A stretch of 33,571 bases of DNA from positions 1 through 33,571 of the IMG/VR virus record IMGVR_UViG_3300042558_000702; one strand, 5' to 3'. Every line of letters starts with the position of its first letter. Position 1 is the stretch's first letter. Below are positions 15,784 through 25,476 of the stretch, piece after piece. This DNA is from a virus. Lineage: Duplodnaviria; Caudoviricetes. A program made the translations under genes and the position numbers. A model generated the notes under the pieces. It searched no databases. It saw only the letters and a list, made by a program, of their open reading frames with translations, and was not told the origin of the DNA.

Positions 15784-18700
15784 AGTGCCGCCAAGATACC
15801 AAGAAGGTATCGACGAAACATGATCATCTCGACTTGGTCGGGTTCGTACGTCTTCCATGATTCATGAAACAGACGTTCAAGACCTCTCGTGGTTACCTCT
15901 GTATAGCCTTGACTGTTATACATCTTGCCCGTATACAGGTCGTCAACACCGAGGTCGAAAGCGTATTCGCCTTGCGCGTACCTTTGTGGTTTTGTACCTT
16001 TCGTGATGCCACGGCTCCTCGCGAGTCTGTTGAAGATCGCATACTCACTGTCGGCTACACCCGGAACCATTTGCGTGCTGTGTTGGAACTCGTGCGTCAG
16101 TGTTGAACGCCAACCACCAACCAATGTACCGTCGGCGTCTTTAGAACCTGACAATTGAATATGCCGTCTGCCTGCGGAGTTGTGTCCGCGTGCGCCGAAG
16201 TTCATAGTCCAACCGCTACCTCTTGTTTGACTGAACGTGTCGTCAACCCATTCTGCTGGCAGGCGAGTGCGTATATCCTCTAGAGCGTCGTTCATCAATT
16301 TCTTTGTAACACCTCTAGGTATTTTGATGTCGCTAAAGTAGTCACCGATCATGTTTGTTGATTGACCGAAGTTCGGTCGTGTTGCTTGAAGTACGTCTCT
16401 CACCACGTCATTACTCACTCTACGGAGTTGCGACCGTGCTTTGTGTAATTCGTCGTGCAAATCAATTCGGCGTCTAGTGAACGCCATTCGCGCTTCGTTG
16501 GCTTTAATCACCTCTCGGTAACCATTACCAACCTCAGGTATTCGGCTGAACCATTGTAGGTTCGCGTTTGTTATGTAAGTCCCACCACTTGAGTAGCGGC
16601 TGGTGATACGACCCTCAACCATTTGTACGATGTCAGACCACGGCGTATCGTCGAAACCAAAATCCAACAGACCTCGTGCCAATGCGTTGCCAGCAGGTGT
16701 ATCTCCCTCTAGTAAGACAGCGTCATACAACTTTCTCATGTTGTACTCCATGATCTCACCGTGTGCGATTGTGTTGGTTTCAAACTCAACTTGTTCAACA
16801 AGCATTCGAGCGGTGGGGTTGGTCATGTTGTCTGTGAGGTACTTTTTCATTTCGGCTGTTGCTTTTACGCGAGCACGTAGTTCCTCACTTTTAGCCTTGT
16901 CTAGGGCGTCGTTGAATGATCGAACTTCGTCCTCAATTGCTTTGACGCGTGCGTATTCATCACCACCTCGCACAAGGAGTTCTCTCTCGATCATTGCTTC
17001 GATACGTCGCCCGATTTCGTCGAACGCGTCCATCGCTCGACGTACGTCTTCTGTTTCGTCGTTACCAATCCAAGAGTCGTAGTCGGCGTGCCTCTGTAGT
17101 CCAACGCGTGGCATACGTTTCGCATCTTCTAACAGGTCGTCTATCTGTACCTTGAGGTGAGCCAGCGATGGCTTGACAGTCTCAACGGCAACTGGTTCGG
17201 GAGTCGTCGGTTGTGCTTGGGTTGGCGTCGGGGGTGTGCCGCCTGTTGGTTTGAACTCTTCACCGGGTTTGAACTTGTTTCGTTTGAGGTGTCGTTCAAG
17301 TTGTCCCGCCGCACTGTTTTGTGATGGGGTGAACTCAACGTAGTAATTGCCATTCGGTTCTGCGATACGTTCCCACTTGCCGTCGGCGGTACGTCTTACA
17401 GGAGAGCCGTTGAAGTAAGTGTCAGGAAGTTGAATTGAGCCATCGCTGTTGATACGGAACGCAGGTATCTTTCCGTCGGCTTTGAACTCTTGGCGGTCCA
17501 ACACTCGCGGCTGAGGTGTTGGTTCGGGAACGATCGGCGGTGTCGGCTCAGGAGTAATTGGTTTCGGTGGTGTCGGTGACCCACCTTTGACAGCGCGTTC
17601 GATCTTGCCTGCGGCACTGTTGCGTGATGGTATGAACTCTTCGCGTGCGCCGTTCTTATCTGTCCTGAACCATCGTCCTGTTGGGTCACGTTCGATGTCT
17701 GTACCCGGAACTTGAATTCGTCCGTCGCTGTGAACATGAAACTCGATGTCCTCACCGCCGACCACACGTCGTTCAATGTTGAAGCCTTCAGAGGGTGTTC
17801 TTGGTCGGGGTGCTGACGGTACGGCGTCTGTGTCCAACCTTGGTAGCGGTGGGAAGTCGTCAAGGTTGGGTACTTCGGGTACTGACACACGGTACGGGTC
17901 GCCGGGTGTGCCTGTGCCTAAGCCTTGAGTCGGTCGACCTTTCGGTGACGCGTTGAGCACCATTGTGCAACGACAGTTCGGGTGCGCTGGCGGTGTCATT
18001 CTTTTGATGCTGAACGGTTTGTTGATTGGTTGGTTCTGTCCGTTCAACGGAGCGCAGATGGTACACACGTCCATTGGTCCAGTGACCCACACCTTGCGTG
18101 CTGTTTGTTTGTTGATGAGTCCACGGTCGGCTGCTTGGTTCCATGCTTGCTGTTTGCCCTCGTTGTAGGCCATCATGGTTTCAGTGCGTGCGATTGTGCG
18201 TGCTCGTTGGCGTCGTAGTTTCTCGGCGTATTTGTTTGTGTCTGTTTTGATCTTCTCTAAAGCCTTGGTGCCTTCGATGCCTTGTGCTGTCAGTGTGTTG
18301 GCGAGTTGTGTTGCTCTGTTGAACAGTGCTTGCTCGTACCTGACTGTGAGACCGTTAGCGTTGACACCGAGTGTGCGTGCCATGAGTTTGCCTGCGTCTG
18401 TACCCGGACTCACTTGCGAAAGAATGGCTCGCAGGTTCTTTGATGTACCTGCACGTGTTTCACCTGCACCGAACGATTGACCAACGATGCGCCTGACTAC
18501 TGCTAGTTGGTCCTTCTTCATGTTGGTGACGAGTTTGCTTGACTCGTCTCTAGCCCACTTCAACGCTTCGGGGCTTTGTGCGTTGAATGAGAACGCCATT
18601 GTGATCTCTGCTGGCGTTGGTAGTTCGGCTTTGGTAAGTGCGCTGATGAATTGTTGAGAGAGTTCTTTGGCTTCTGCTTTGGCTGACTCGACGAGTTGTT

Positions 18701-18971
18701 TGTGTAGTTCGCTTGCTAACTCGGACTCAATGACAGAGAAGGCACGTTCGACTTCTTTCTCATACCCTGTGTAGTAGATGTTGCTGACTAACTTCTCAAA
18801 CTCTTCGGGGCGTATCATGCTGAAGCCGTCAAGCAACGATTCACTCATTGCTCGCTCGGCGCTGTTCAATGCGGTGTCACCAATGTTGCGTGCGTTATTG
18901 AATTCGATAACGCGTTTAGCAACGAGCGGTATCGCCTTCGTTTTGTTGATGTGACGCCCGAAGATGGGCAT
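15780..18971 (-). CDS. Head morphogenesis protein (Phage_Mu_F / SPP1 gp7-like) with large C-terminal extension ending in an HExxH metallopeptidase-like domain
   Basis: RARTIARTE...KVW...C..C..LNGQ...PPAHPNCRC; C-terminal TLTHEFQH...YTGKMY...TEV; follows the portal gene. Confidence 0.85.
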   Translation of the reverse strand: MPIFGRHINKTKAIPLVAKRVIEFNNARNIGDTALNSAERAMSESLLDGFSMIRPEEFEKLVSNIYYTGYEKEVERAFSVIESELASELHKQLVESAKAEAKELSQQFISALTKAELPTPAEITMAFSFNAQSPEALKWARDESSKLVTNMKKDQLAVVRRIVGQSFGAGETRAGTSKNLRAILSQVSPGTDAGKLMARTLGVNANGLTVRYEQALFNRATQLANTLTAQGIEGTKALEKIKTDTNKYAEKLRRQRARTIARTETMMAYNEGKQQAWNQAADRGLINKQTARKVWVTGPMDVCTICAPLNGQNQPINKPFSIKRMTPPAHPNCRCTMVLNASPKGRPTQGLGTGTPGDPYRVSVPEVPNLDDFPPLPRLDTDAVPSAPRPRTPSEGFNIERRVVGGEDIEFHVHSDGRIQVPGTDIERDPTGRWFRTDKNGAREEFIPSRNSAAGKIERAVKGGSPTPPKPITPEPTPPIVPEPTPQPRVLDRQEFKADGKIPAFRINSDGSIQLPDTYFNGSPVRRTADGKWERIAEPNGNYYVEFTPSQNSAAGQLERHLKRNKFKPGEEFKPTGGTPPTPTQAQPTTPEPVAVETVKPSLAHLKVQIDDLLEDAKRMPRVGLQRHADYDSWIGNDETEDVRRAMDAFDEIGRRIEAMIERELLVRGGDEYARVKAIEDEVRSFNDALDKAKSEELRARVKATAEMKKYLTDNMTNPTARMLVEQVEFETNTIAHGEIMEYNMRKLYDAVLLEGDTPAGNALARGLLDFGFDDTPWSDIVQMVEGRITSRYSSGGTYITNANLQWFSRIPEVGNGYREVIKANEARMAFTRRRIDLHDELHKARSQLRRVSNDVVRDVLQATRPNFGQSTNMIGDYFSDIKIPRGVTKKLMNDALEDIRTRLPAEWVDDTFSQTRGSGWTMNFGARGHNSAGRRHIQLSGSKDADGTLVGGWRSTLTHEFQHSTQMVPGVADSEYAIFNRLARSRGITKGTKPQRYAQGEYAFDLGVDDLYTGKMYNSQGYTEVTTRGLERLFHESWKTYEPDQVEMIMFRRYLLGILAAL

Positions 18972-18973
18972 GG

Positions 18974-20320
18974 CTAGACTTCCTCAGCCTGTCCTTGCGG
19001 CAGTCCTGCCAGCCCTCTCAAGTAGTTCTCAAGGTCGTCGTCAGGGAAGAGCGTTGCTCCTGCTTGTGAGAGTTGCGTGACGTAACGACCAATGGCATCG
19101 ATGTCGACGTTCTTTGGTGGTGTGTATGTCAACGTTGGTGACAGTTCTTCGGATACACCGTTCATTCGCATGAGTCTAGGTATGCCGTGGTTATTGAACG
19201 TCTCAGCAATGTTTGACAGGTAAGCGTTCAGTGATGTCAAGAACAGTTCGATCTTGCTTACCGATAAGGCTTGAGTGCCAACACCTTCGTGACCGAGCAA
19301 CATGAAGTCCGCGAGGACAGTCATGGCGATACGTTGGTCGTACCTGTTGACGATCTCATTTGTATCGAACTGACGACGCCCACCCGTGGACAGCAACTTC
19401 AAGTCATACGCCAGCAACTTGGTATCGGGGTCGTACGCCAACGGGAACACGATGCCTTCTTGTTCGTCACGCTTGATGTTGCGAACGATCTGTTTGATTG
19501 CTTCTAGGGCGTTGCGTTCATCTTGCGTCGCATTGTTCGACAACATCTGCGGCGGTACATAAGCAACGGGCATACCAGCAAGGTCACGCTCAATACCGAT
19601 TGCTTCGATCTCTTGGATACGACGCTTGTAGTACCACGACACGAAAGCGTTACGCAGGATGGACCGACCTTGTGGGTTGTTCATCTTTGTTGTGGTACGG
19701 AACAACATTGCTTTCTCGATCGGTATGAACACGAGGCCTTTGCTAGACGCGCTCGGGTCCATTTGGTACATACCTTGGATACCACCGTTGCTGTCGAAGT
19801 CCCAACGTTGAACAGTGAGTTGTGATCGGATAGGTAGTTTGCGCCAGCCGATACGACCGTCGTTGTACTTTGAACGTGTGCTCGCATCGTTTGTGTAGCC
19901 TCTGCGGTACTTGTAAACGATCTCATGGAACGAGAAGCCGTACACGAGGAACGTGAGGATTGCCGAGAGGGTGTCGTCCCATGATTGAGTCATGTCGTTG
20001 ATGCACGTTGATACGAACGCCGCCTCATTGACTGCTTGCTCATTGTTGGGGTCAGAAGGCTCTACCGACCAATCGACACTGCGAACGATCATCTCAATCG
20101 CTTGAAGCATTCCACCTACGACGGCATCGTTGTCTGCCATCTCACGGAAGTTTGAGTACGCTTGCGGACCGTTGAGTTGCCTAAGGAAGTCATCGTTGAC
20201 GATGCCACCGTTTTGTCTAAGGCCTGACGAACCAACTTCCATGAAGTCAGTTGATGACTTCGGCTTGGCTACCTGTTCGGCTGCCTTAGTTGTTCGACCA
20301 TTGTGCTGCACACTGCTCAT
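18974..20320 (-). CDS. Portal protein (DUF935-like)
   Basis: 448 aa; FLVYGFSFHEIVY, NPQGRSILR, EAIGIERDLAGMP motifs; synteny. Confidence 0.85.
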   Translation of the reverse strand: MSSVQHNGRTTKAAEQVAKPKSSTDFMEVGSSGLRQNGGIVNDDFLRQLNGPQAYSNFREMADNDAVVGGMLQAIEMIVRSVDWSVEPSDPNNEQAVNEAAFVSTCINDMTQSWDDTLSAILTFLVYGFSFHEIVYKYRRGYTNDASTRSKYNDGRIGWRKLPIRSQLTVQRWDFDSNGGIQGMYQMDPSASSKGLVFIPIEKAMLFRTTTKMNNPQGRSILRNAFVSWYYKRRIQEIEAIGIERDLAGMPVAYVPPQMLSNNATQDERNALEAIKQIVRNIKRDEQEGIVFPLAYDPDTKLLAYDLKLLSTGGRRQFDTNEIVNRYDQRIAMTVLADFMLLGHEGVGTQALSVSKIELFLTSLNAYLSNIAETFNNHGIPRLMRMNGVSEELSPTLTYTPPKNVDIDAIGRYVTQLSQAGATLFPDDDLENYLRGLAGLPQGQAEEV

Positions 20321-21096
20321 CGTACATCGTCCTCGTTCAGTCTCATTGGTGCTAGCGCGCTCATAGTGCGTCCATCGAACCTCTTGATAGCGACGGGCAG
20401 GTTGTTCGCAACGATACCAATCTTGTTGGTTGGTGCTGTGACTGCGAGCAGGTCGTTGTCGGATTGGTCGAAGTAGCCTGCGTCTTGTAAGGCTTGGAGT
20501 GTTGGGAAGACGTCGGCGTGACGGTGTTTGTCCCTGTCGATGAGGTGGTCTTGTTTGCCGCCATACGAGAACACGATCCTCATGTTGAGTGGTATGTCGT
20601 CATGTTCAAGAACCATCGCCACCTCTTTGGTGTATGCGTAGAACAAGATGTGCGGTACTTTGCGAGCGATAGAGCACCAGCGGTCAAGGTACTCACGTGA
20701 GTAGAAGTCACCAGCGTCGTGTATGCGTACTGCTTTGCCACCGAGTTCAACCCATTGACACAACCACGTGTCGTCAGGGTCGACAGGTAGGTCGTGTGGT
20801 TTGCCTGTGTACGTCATTCGTTTGTGCCGTACTTCCCTGAGCATCTGTGACTCCCATAGGTCGCCGTCGTACAGCACGTACTCAAGGTTCTGTAGGTGTC
20901 GCGCTTTGACGTTGCTGAAGTTGTACGTACCGAACTTGGCGTAGCAAACGCGACCGCATGACCCTGCGTTGGGGCAACAGTTCATTCGCTCACCGTTTGT
21001 AAGCGTTACAACGTGCGCGGGGATGGTCCAGTTCCACACGCCCACCTTCTTGAGTTCACTGTTCTGTGTGAGTAATCGTTTCGGCGGGTTGATCAT
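20317..21096 (-). CDS. GP88-like protein (Cys-triad, radical-SAM-like)
   Basis: LLTQNSELK..G.WNWTIPA...CPNAGSCGRVCYA...VRIHDAGDFYS...FYAYTK; TAATG-coupled to terL. Confidence 0.75.
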   Translation of the reverse strand: MINPPKRLLTQNSELKKVGVWNWTIPAHVVTLTNGERMNCCPNAGSCGRVCYAKFGTYNFSNVKARHLQNLEYVLYDGDLWESQMLREVRHKRMTYTGKPHDLPVDPDDTWLCQWVELGGKAVRIHDAGDFYSREYLDRWCSIARKVPHILFYAYTKEVAMVLEHDDIPLNMRIVFSYGGKQDHLIDRDKHRHADVFPTLQALQDAGYFDQSDNDLLAVTAPTNKIGIVANNLPVAIKRFDGRTMSALAPMRLNEDDVR

Positions 21097-22427
21097 TAGA
21101 GTCTCCAGTGTGAGGTCTGTGGCATGGATATTGGTGCTACTGCTAGTGCTTGCTTGTTGCCCTCGATCATGAGTTCGGTCAATGCCCACACGAGTGCGTC
21201 GAGTCGGTCGGGACTGTCACCGTAGTCGGGAACCCAGCCGCACAGTTGATCTTCGAGTTGAGGGTAGAAGCCGACGTGGTGTACTCGGCCTTGCTCATAT
21301 AGGGCTGCGACAGGTTCAGCGCGTGTGCGTTTGCCTCGTGAGGCGTGTACGAGTTTGATTGGTGCGTTGCGTTCAACGGTTGCGATGGTGTGTCGTACCA
21401 TGTCGCCACCTTGGTTTGCTTCCAAGACAATGCGATCGGCTTTGTACTTGTGATACGCGGAGACTACTGCTTGCGCCCACTCACCCGGACTTCCTCGCAT
21501 TGACAGGTCGTCGAGTACGTACGCTTGGTTATCTATCCCGATGCCTGCAACGATGATGCCTGTCTCTGCTGACTCTGCTCTGTTGCTGATCGCTGGGTCG
21601 ACTGCGACGACTATGCGCTTGAGTTCAATGTGTTTGATTACTCGTAGTTCGTCGAGGCGACTGCGATGCCATAGTGCGCCTTCGAGGTCGTCGAGGACTT
21701 CGGCGTGGAGTTCCTGTCGACCGAGTGTTGTTCCTTCGTAACGCTTGAGTATCTCATCGACGAACGCTGGGGCTAGGTTCTTGACGTTCTCGTATGTTGA
21801 GCCGCGTGTGAGGTGAACACTGCCGTCGTCTGTACGCATGAGTCGACGTATGACATCAACGGGTCGTGGTGTGGTCGTTACTACTGATCTCGGGTGCGTT
21901 CCGATTCTAAGTCCGAGGGTGAGTTGGTCCCATGCTTCGGAGTACCGCCATGCGGCGAGTTCGTCTGCCCACGCTAGGTCGTGGTTGGGTCCACGTAGTC
22001 GGTCGGGTTCGTCTGCTGAGTACGCTGACGCTTGTGCTCCGTTGTAGAACGTGACCCTGCGCTTTGATGGTTCGTACTGTGGTCGTTGGTTAGGCGGGAA
22101 CACAGTAAGCAACCCTGACTCACCTTCGATCATGACGTCACGTACGTCGGCGGCTGTAGCACCTACGAGAGCGATGTGCTTCGCCGTACCGTTACAGACC
22201 TGCTCACGCACGAACTCTGCGCCTGTCCTCGTCTTGCCGAACCCACGTCCCGCAAGGATTAGCCACGTACGCCACTCGCCGTCGGGTGTTGCCTGCTTCG
22301 GTCGACGCCATAAGCGCCAGTCGTAAAGCACTTCACGTTGCTGCTCAGGCGACAGACCACCAACGAGTTCAGTGAGTTGTTCAGGCGACAGCCCTGCCAA
22401 CACTTCAGCCCAAGACTTCTCAGTCAC
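21096..22427 (-). CDS. terL: Terminase large subunit
   Basis: Walker A LAGRGFGKTR, Walker B AWADE, nuclease motifs VAVDPA and PDRLDA; probable GTG start at 22427 overlapping the terS stop. Confidence 0.95.
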   Translation of the reverse strand: MTEKSWAEVLAGLSPEQLTELVGGLSPEQQREVLYDWRLWRRPKQATPDGEWRTWLILAGRGFGKTRTGAEFVREQVCNGTAKHIALVGATAADVRDVMIEGESGLLTVFPPNQRPQYEPSKRRVTFYNGAQASAYSADEPDRLRGPNHDLAWADELAAWRYSEAWDQLTLGLRIGTHPRSVVTTTPRPVDVIRRLMRTDDGSVHLTRGSTYENVKNLAPAFVDEILKRYEGTTLGRQELHAEVLDDLEGALWHRSRLDELRVIKHIELKRIVVAVDPAISNRAESAETGIIVAGIGIDNQAYVLDDLSMRGSPGEWAQAVVSAYHKYKADRIVLEANQGGDMVRHTIATVERNAPIKLVHASRGKRTRAEPVAALYEQGRVHHVGFYPQLEDQLCGWVPDYGDSPDRLDALVWALTELMIEGNKQALAVAPISMPQTSHWRL

Positions 22428-22899
22428 CCTCAGTCGGCTCCACGTCGAGAACGTTTGAGAGGCTCGCAACATTCTCAGACGACCCCTCAGTGAGAGAACG
22501 GAGACGCTCAATGAGCAAAGCCCCGACGTCGGTCTGTATTGGTCCACCCTGTGACCCCACGACCTCGACAACGTTACGAGCGGAGTCCAAGCCCCACAGG
22601 TCCGCTCGTCGTTTCTCAATGGCGATCACGTTGCGTACTTGGTCAAGGTCACCCGACAACACTGCCTGCAAACAACGTGTGACCATCATGTCCAGTCGTT
22701 CACTCTGCAAGAGCCGTTGCTCACGTGCTGGCTCAACGAACGACCTGTCGAGCGCCGTCTTGACTGCCTTCCATGACCCTGACCTAGATGCGTAGCCGAG
22801 TTCCTCTGCTATTTGGTCGTAACTGATTCCAAGGTTTCGCAGGCGTAATGCTTTGCGTTGCTTCTCTGCTGTTTCGATATCAAGTCGTCGCACGTTCAC
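22420..22899 (-). CDS. terS: Terminase small subunit (HTH)
   Basis: ALRLRNLGISYDQIAEELGY HTH; RRADLWGLD; directly upstream of terL. Confidence 0.75.
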   Translation of the reverse strand: MNVRRLDIETAEKQRKALRLRNLGISYDQIAEELGYASRSGSWKAVKTALDRSFVEPAREQRLLQSERLDMMVTRCLQAVLSGDLDQVRNVIAIEKRRADLWGLDSARNVVEVVGSQGGPIQTDVGALLIERLRSLTEGSSENVASLSNVLDVEPTEGD

Positions 22900-22928
22900 T
22901 GTCCTTGGTTCACTGTTTCGTTCACTGT
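22894..22928. repeat. Triple direct repeat GTTCACTGT at the terS start
   Basis: Copies at 22894, 22908 and 22920. Confidence 0.8.
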
Positions 22929-22988
22929 TGATGTGAAGTTATCAGGTATACACCCGTTGCGCGAGTCTTTTCTTTATGCTGAAGTCTT

Positions 22989-23291
22989 ATGCCGATTGAT
23001 GACTTGAGTGTCTTTGACTGTGAGCCTGCTGGAGAGTGGGTTCGTCAGGGTGCTTGTCGTGGTGTTGATACACGATTGTTCTTCCCTAATGCGGGGAATC
23101 GTCCTCTTGAGGCGTTGGCTATTTGTGCGTCGTGTGCTGTTCGAGTTGAGTGTGCGGAGTATGCGTTTGATACTCATCAGCATTGGGGTGTGTGGGGTGG
23201 CCTTACTGAGCGTCAGCGGTTTACTGTGAAACGGTTTCGTCGGCTAGGGGTTGTTCACCCGCTTGACCCTCAGGCGACGGGTGACTTGTAG
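22989..23291 (+). CDS. whiB: WhiB-family transcription regulator
   Basis: W...GAC...LFFP...IC.SC.VR.EC...GVWGGLTE.QR with four conserved Cys. Confidence 0.93.
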   Translation: MPIDDLSVFDCEPAGEWVRQGACRGVDTRLFFPNAGNRPLEALAICASCAVRVECAEYAFDTHQHWGVWGGLTERQRFTVKRFRRLGVVHPLDPQATGDL

Positions 23292-23494
23292 ACGTAGCGG
23301 TAGTGACTGCCATCTAGTTTGGTTAGTCGGATTCGTTTGTTGTTTCGCTTTGAGGCTATGAACTGTCGAGCGTGTTCAAGGCTTGTGAAAGCGAAGTTGT
23401 CTTGGCTTGTGTCTACGTTGTTTGTATGCGTGACTAGCCATGCACTACCTGTTCGGTCGTGTCTGCTGACTGTCCATGTGTGGTATGCGTTCAT
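23270..23494 (-). CDS. Hypothetical protein
   Basis: 74 aa, GGAG RBS; last gene of the minus-strand cassette. Confidence 0.6.
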   Translation of the reverse strand: MNAYHTWTVSRHDRTGSAWLVTHTNNVDTSQDNFAFTSLEHARQFIASKRNNKRIRLTKLDGSHYRYVYKSPVA

Positions 23495-23523
23495 GAGACT
23501 CCTTCGAACGTCTCCTCAGCGTA

Positions 23524-23907
23524 TCACGAACGAGTGATTGCTATTGGATTGAGGACGATTGCTTTGAACTTGTCCACGTATGCGCCGCGTAGGAATGTTA
23601 AGTCAATCCATTGTTTGGCTTCAATGAGGTCTTCAAAGTAAACGTTGACGGTCTCGAAGTGGGGTTGTACACGGTAGAGCAGGCCATACGGCTTGTTGTT
23701 GAAGACGTCTTTTCTTTCGTAGATGCGGACGCCACGGAACTCTTCGACTGTGGGTCGGTCGATCTCTCGGTCTTCGATTTCGAACTCGTAGTCCCTGATT
23801 CGTATTTGGCCTGCCTTGATCATTTCAATGGCTTGCTCTTCGGCGTCGTCTTCGTCCATGGCTTCGATGTTTACGTTTGCAAAGATGGCTACTCGGTAGT
23901 GTTTCAT
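23524..23907 (-). CDS. Hypothetical protein
   Basis: ACAGGAGAA RBS; coupled to the methyltransferase gene. Confidence 0.7.
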   Translation of the reverse strand: MKHYRVAIFANVNIEAMDEDDAEEQAIEMIKAGQIRIRDYEFEIEDREIDRPTVEEFRGVRIYERKDVFNNKPYGLLYRVQPHFETVNVYFEDLIEAKQWIDLTFLRGAYVDKFKAIVLNPIAITRS

Positions 23908-24749
23908 TTGTTTTCTCCTGTTGTGGTTTGTTTGTAGATTCGGTTGGACGCGATTAGTGCGTACTCGGGATTGATTTCAGTACCGACGAAGTATCGTCCG
24001 TGCTTCACTGCTACCACCCCTACAGTGCCTGAGCCTGTGAACGGGTCAAGGATTAGGTCGTTGGGGTTGGTTGATGAGATGACGCAAGGTTCGACGAGTG
24101 CTTCGGGCATGACAGCGAAGTGTGCTCCCCTGTAAGGCTTGGTCGGTATTGTCCATACGGATCTCCTGTTACGCAGTGACACCTCATCAACTGCTTGCTC
24201 ACGTATGTCCTTAGCGTTCATCAAGTACGACGGTGACTTACTGAGCAAGAAGAGGTACTCGTGTGCCTTCACGCAGCGGTCAGCGATTGGTTCGGGCATA
24301 GCGTTCGGCTTCGACCATATGATGTCCTGACGTAGATACCAGCCGTCGGCCTGTAATGCGAACGCGACCTTCCACGGTATGCCGATGAGGTCTTTACGTT
24401 TCAAGCCTTCGGGAATGGTTCGGCGCCGTGTGTCGTCGTTGATGCCTTGCTTCTGTTTGACCTTGCCGTACGTTCCGTTGGTGTTGCCAACTTTGTTCGA
24501 CGCATAGTTGTCGCCAAGGTTTAGCCACAGCGTGCCGTCGTCTTTAAGTACACGCCATACCTCTTTGAACACTTGAACGAGTTGTTCAACGTATTCATCG
24601 GGTGATGCTTCAAGGCCGATCTGTAGGTCGTTGCCGTAGTTCCTCAGTCCCCAATACGGCGGTGAAGTAATACAACACTGAACACTCTTGTCGGCTATCT
24701 CCTGTAGGCGTACGCGTGCGTCACCAACCATGATGTCGGCAAAGATCAT
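23904..24749 (-). CDS. DNA amino-methyltransferase (N6_N4_Mtase, beta class, likely m4C)
   Basis: Catalytic TSPPY precedes SAM-binding LDPFTGSGT. Confidence 0.92.
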   Translation of the reverse strand: MIFADIMVGDARVRLQEIADKSVQCCITSPPYWGLRNYGNDLQIGLEASPDEYVEQLVQVFKEVWRVLKDDGTLWLNLGDNYASNKVGNTNGTYGKVKQKQGINDDTRRRTIPEGLKRKDLIGIPWKVAFALQADGWYLRQDIIWSKPNAMPEPIADRCVKAHEYLFLLSKSPSYLMNAKDIREQAVDEVSLRNRRSVWTIPTKPYRGAHFAVMPEALVEPCVISSTNPNDLILDPFTGSGTVGVVAVKHGRYFVGTEINPEYALIASNRIYKQTTTGENK

Positions 24750-25249
24750 TTGCTTGTGCCGTCGTTCGACAGTTGTTGCAGTGTGAGTGCGATACGTTTG
24801 CGAGCCAGTGTGACTGACCCTTGTGCTAAGTCTTGGTCAAGTTCTTCCAAGATTGTTTTGAGCAGGCGGGTGCTGACGTTCGGTTTGTATGGGGCAAGTT
24901 CCCTACCTTGGGCATACTTGGGAAGTACGTAGATTTGGCACTTGTTTCGTCGTTCCGTAAGCCTTACGACGTAGCCCGCCTTATGTAGCACAGACAGGAC
25001 TCCAGACGCCGCTCCGTGGTGTAACCCCATTTCGTCGCCGATCTCGCCCCATATCGCGCCACAAGCGCCTTTACGAGCAAGTATGTTGAGGACGCCCTGC
25101 TGTCGGTCCAGTGTATTGCCCTGCTCAAGGTCACGGGATTCCCGCTCTTGGCTTGTCACCGAGCCACTCCAGCCCGCCGTACCCGCGTACGGGAGAACGG
25201 GATGGAGTAGTTCGTCAACGACATCAAACAAGGTCGGGCGCTCGCTCAT
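24746..25249 (-). CDS. Winged-helix DNA-binding protein
   Basis: LPYAGTAGWSGS.TS...WGEIG...LHHGAASGVLSVLHKAG; coupled start at 25249. Confidence 0.65.
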   Translation of the reverse strand: MSERPTLFDVVDELLHPVLPYAGTAGWSGSVTSQERESRDLEQGNTLDRQQGVLNILARKGACGAIWGEIGDEMGLHHGAASGVLSVLHKAGYVVRLTERRNKCQIYVLPKYAQGRELAPYKPNVSTRLLKTILEELDQDLAQGSVTLARKRIALTLQQLSNDGTSK

Positions 25250-25476
25250 GAGACGCGTAACCAGTCGCCGCCGACGAACACTTCGGCAAACATCATGAAG
25301 TCTGACGACGTTGCGATGTCCATCCCATCGACTGTCATGTAACGCAACGTGCCGTGGTATACGCGCCAAGCATGGACGTAGTGAACGGTGTTCGTTGTGC
25401 TTCCTCGGAAGTAGAACCGAACGGGCCGACCGCACTCTTGCCATTCTGTTGTCGAGGGTGTTGTCTCAATACTCAT
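25246..25476 (-). CDS. Hypothetical protein
   Basis: GAGGAG RBS; ATGA coupling at both ends. Confidence 0.65.
   Translation of the reverse strand: MSIETTPSTTEWQECGRPVRFYFRGSTTNTVHYVHAWRVYHGTLRYMTVDGMDIATSSDFMMFAEVFVGGDWLRVS

Noticed and set aside
22428-22619. N-terminal extensions in the ORF track (terL here; also at 591, 1079, 11100, 21189, 25444, 26905, 32897)
   Set aside because: They overlap upstream genes; coupled downstream starts fit better.
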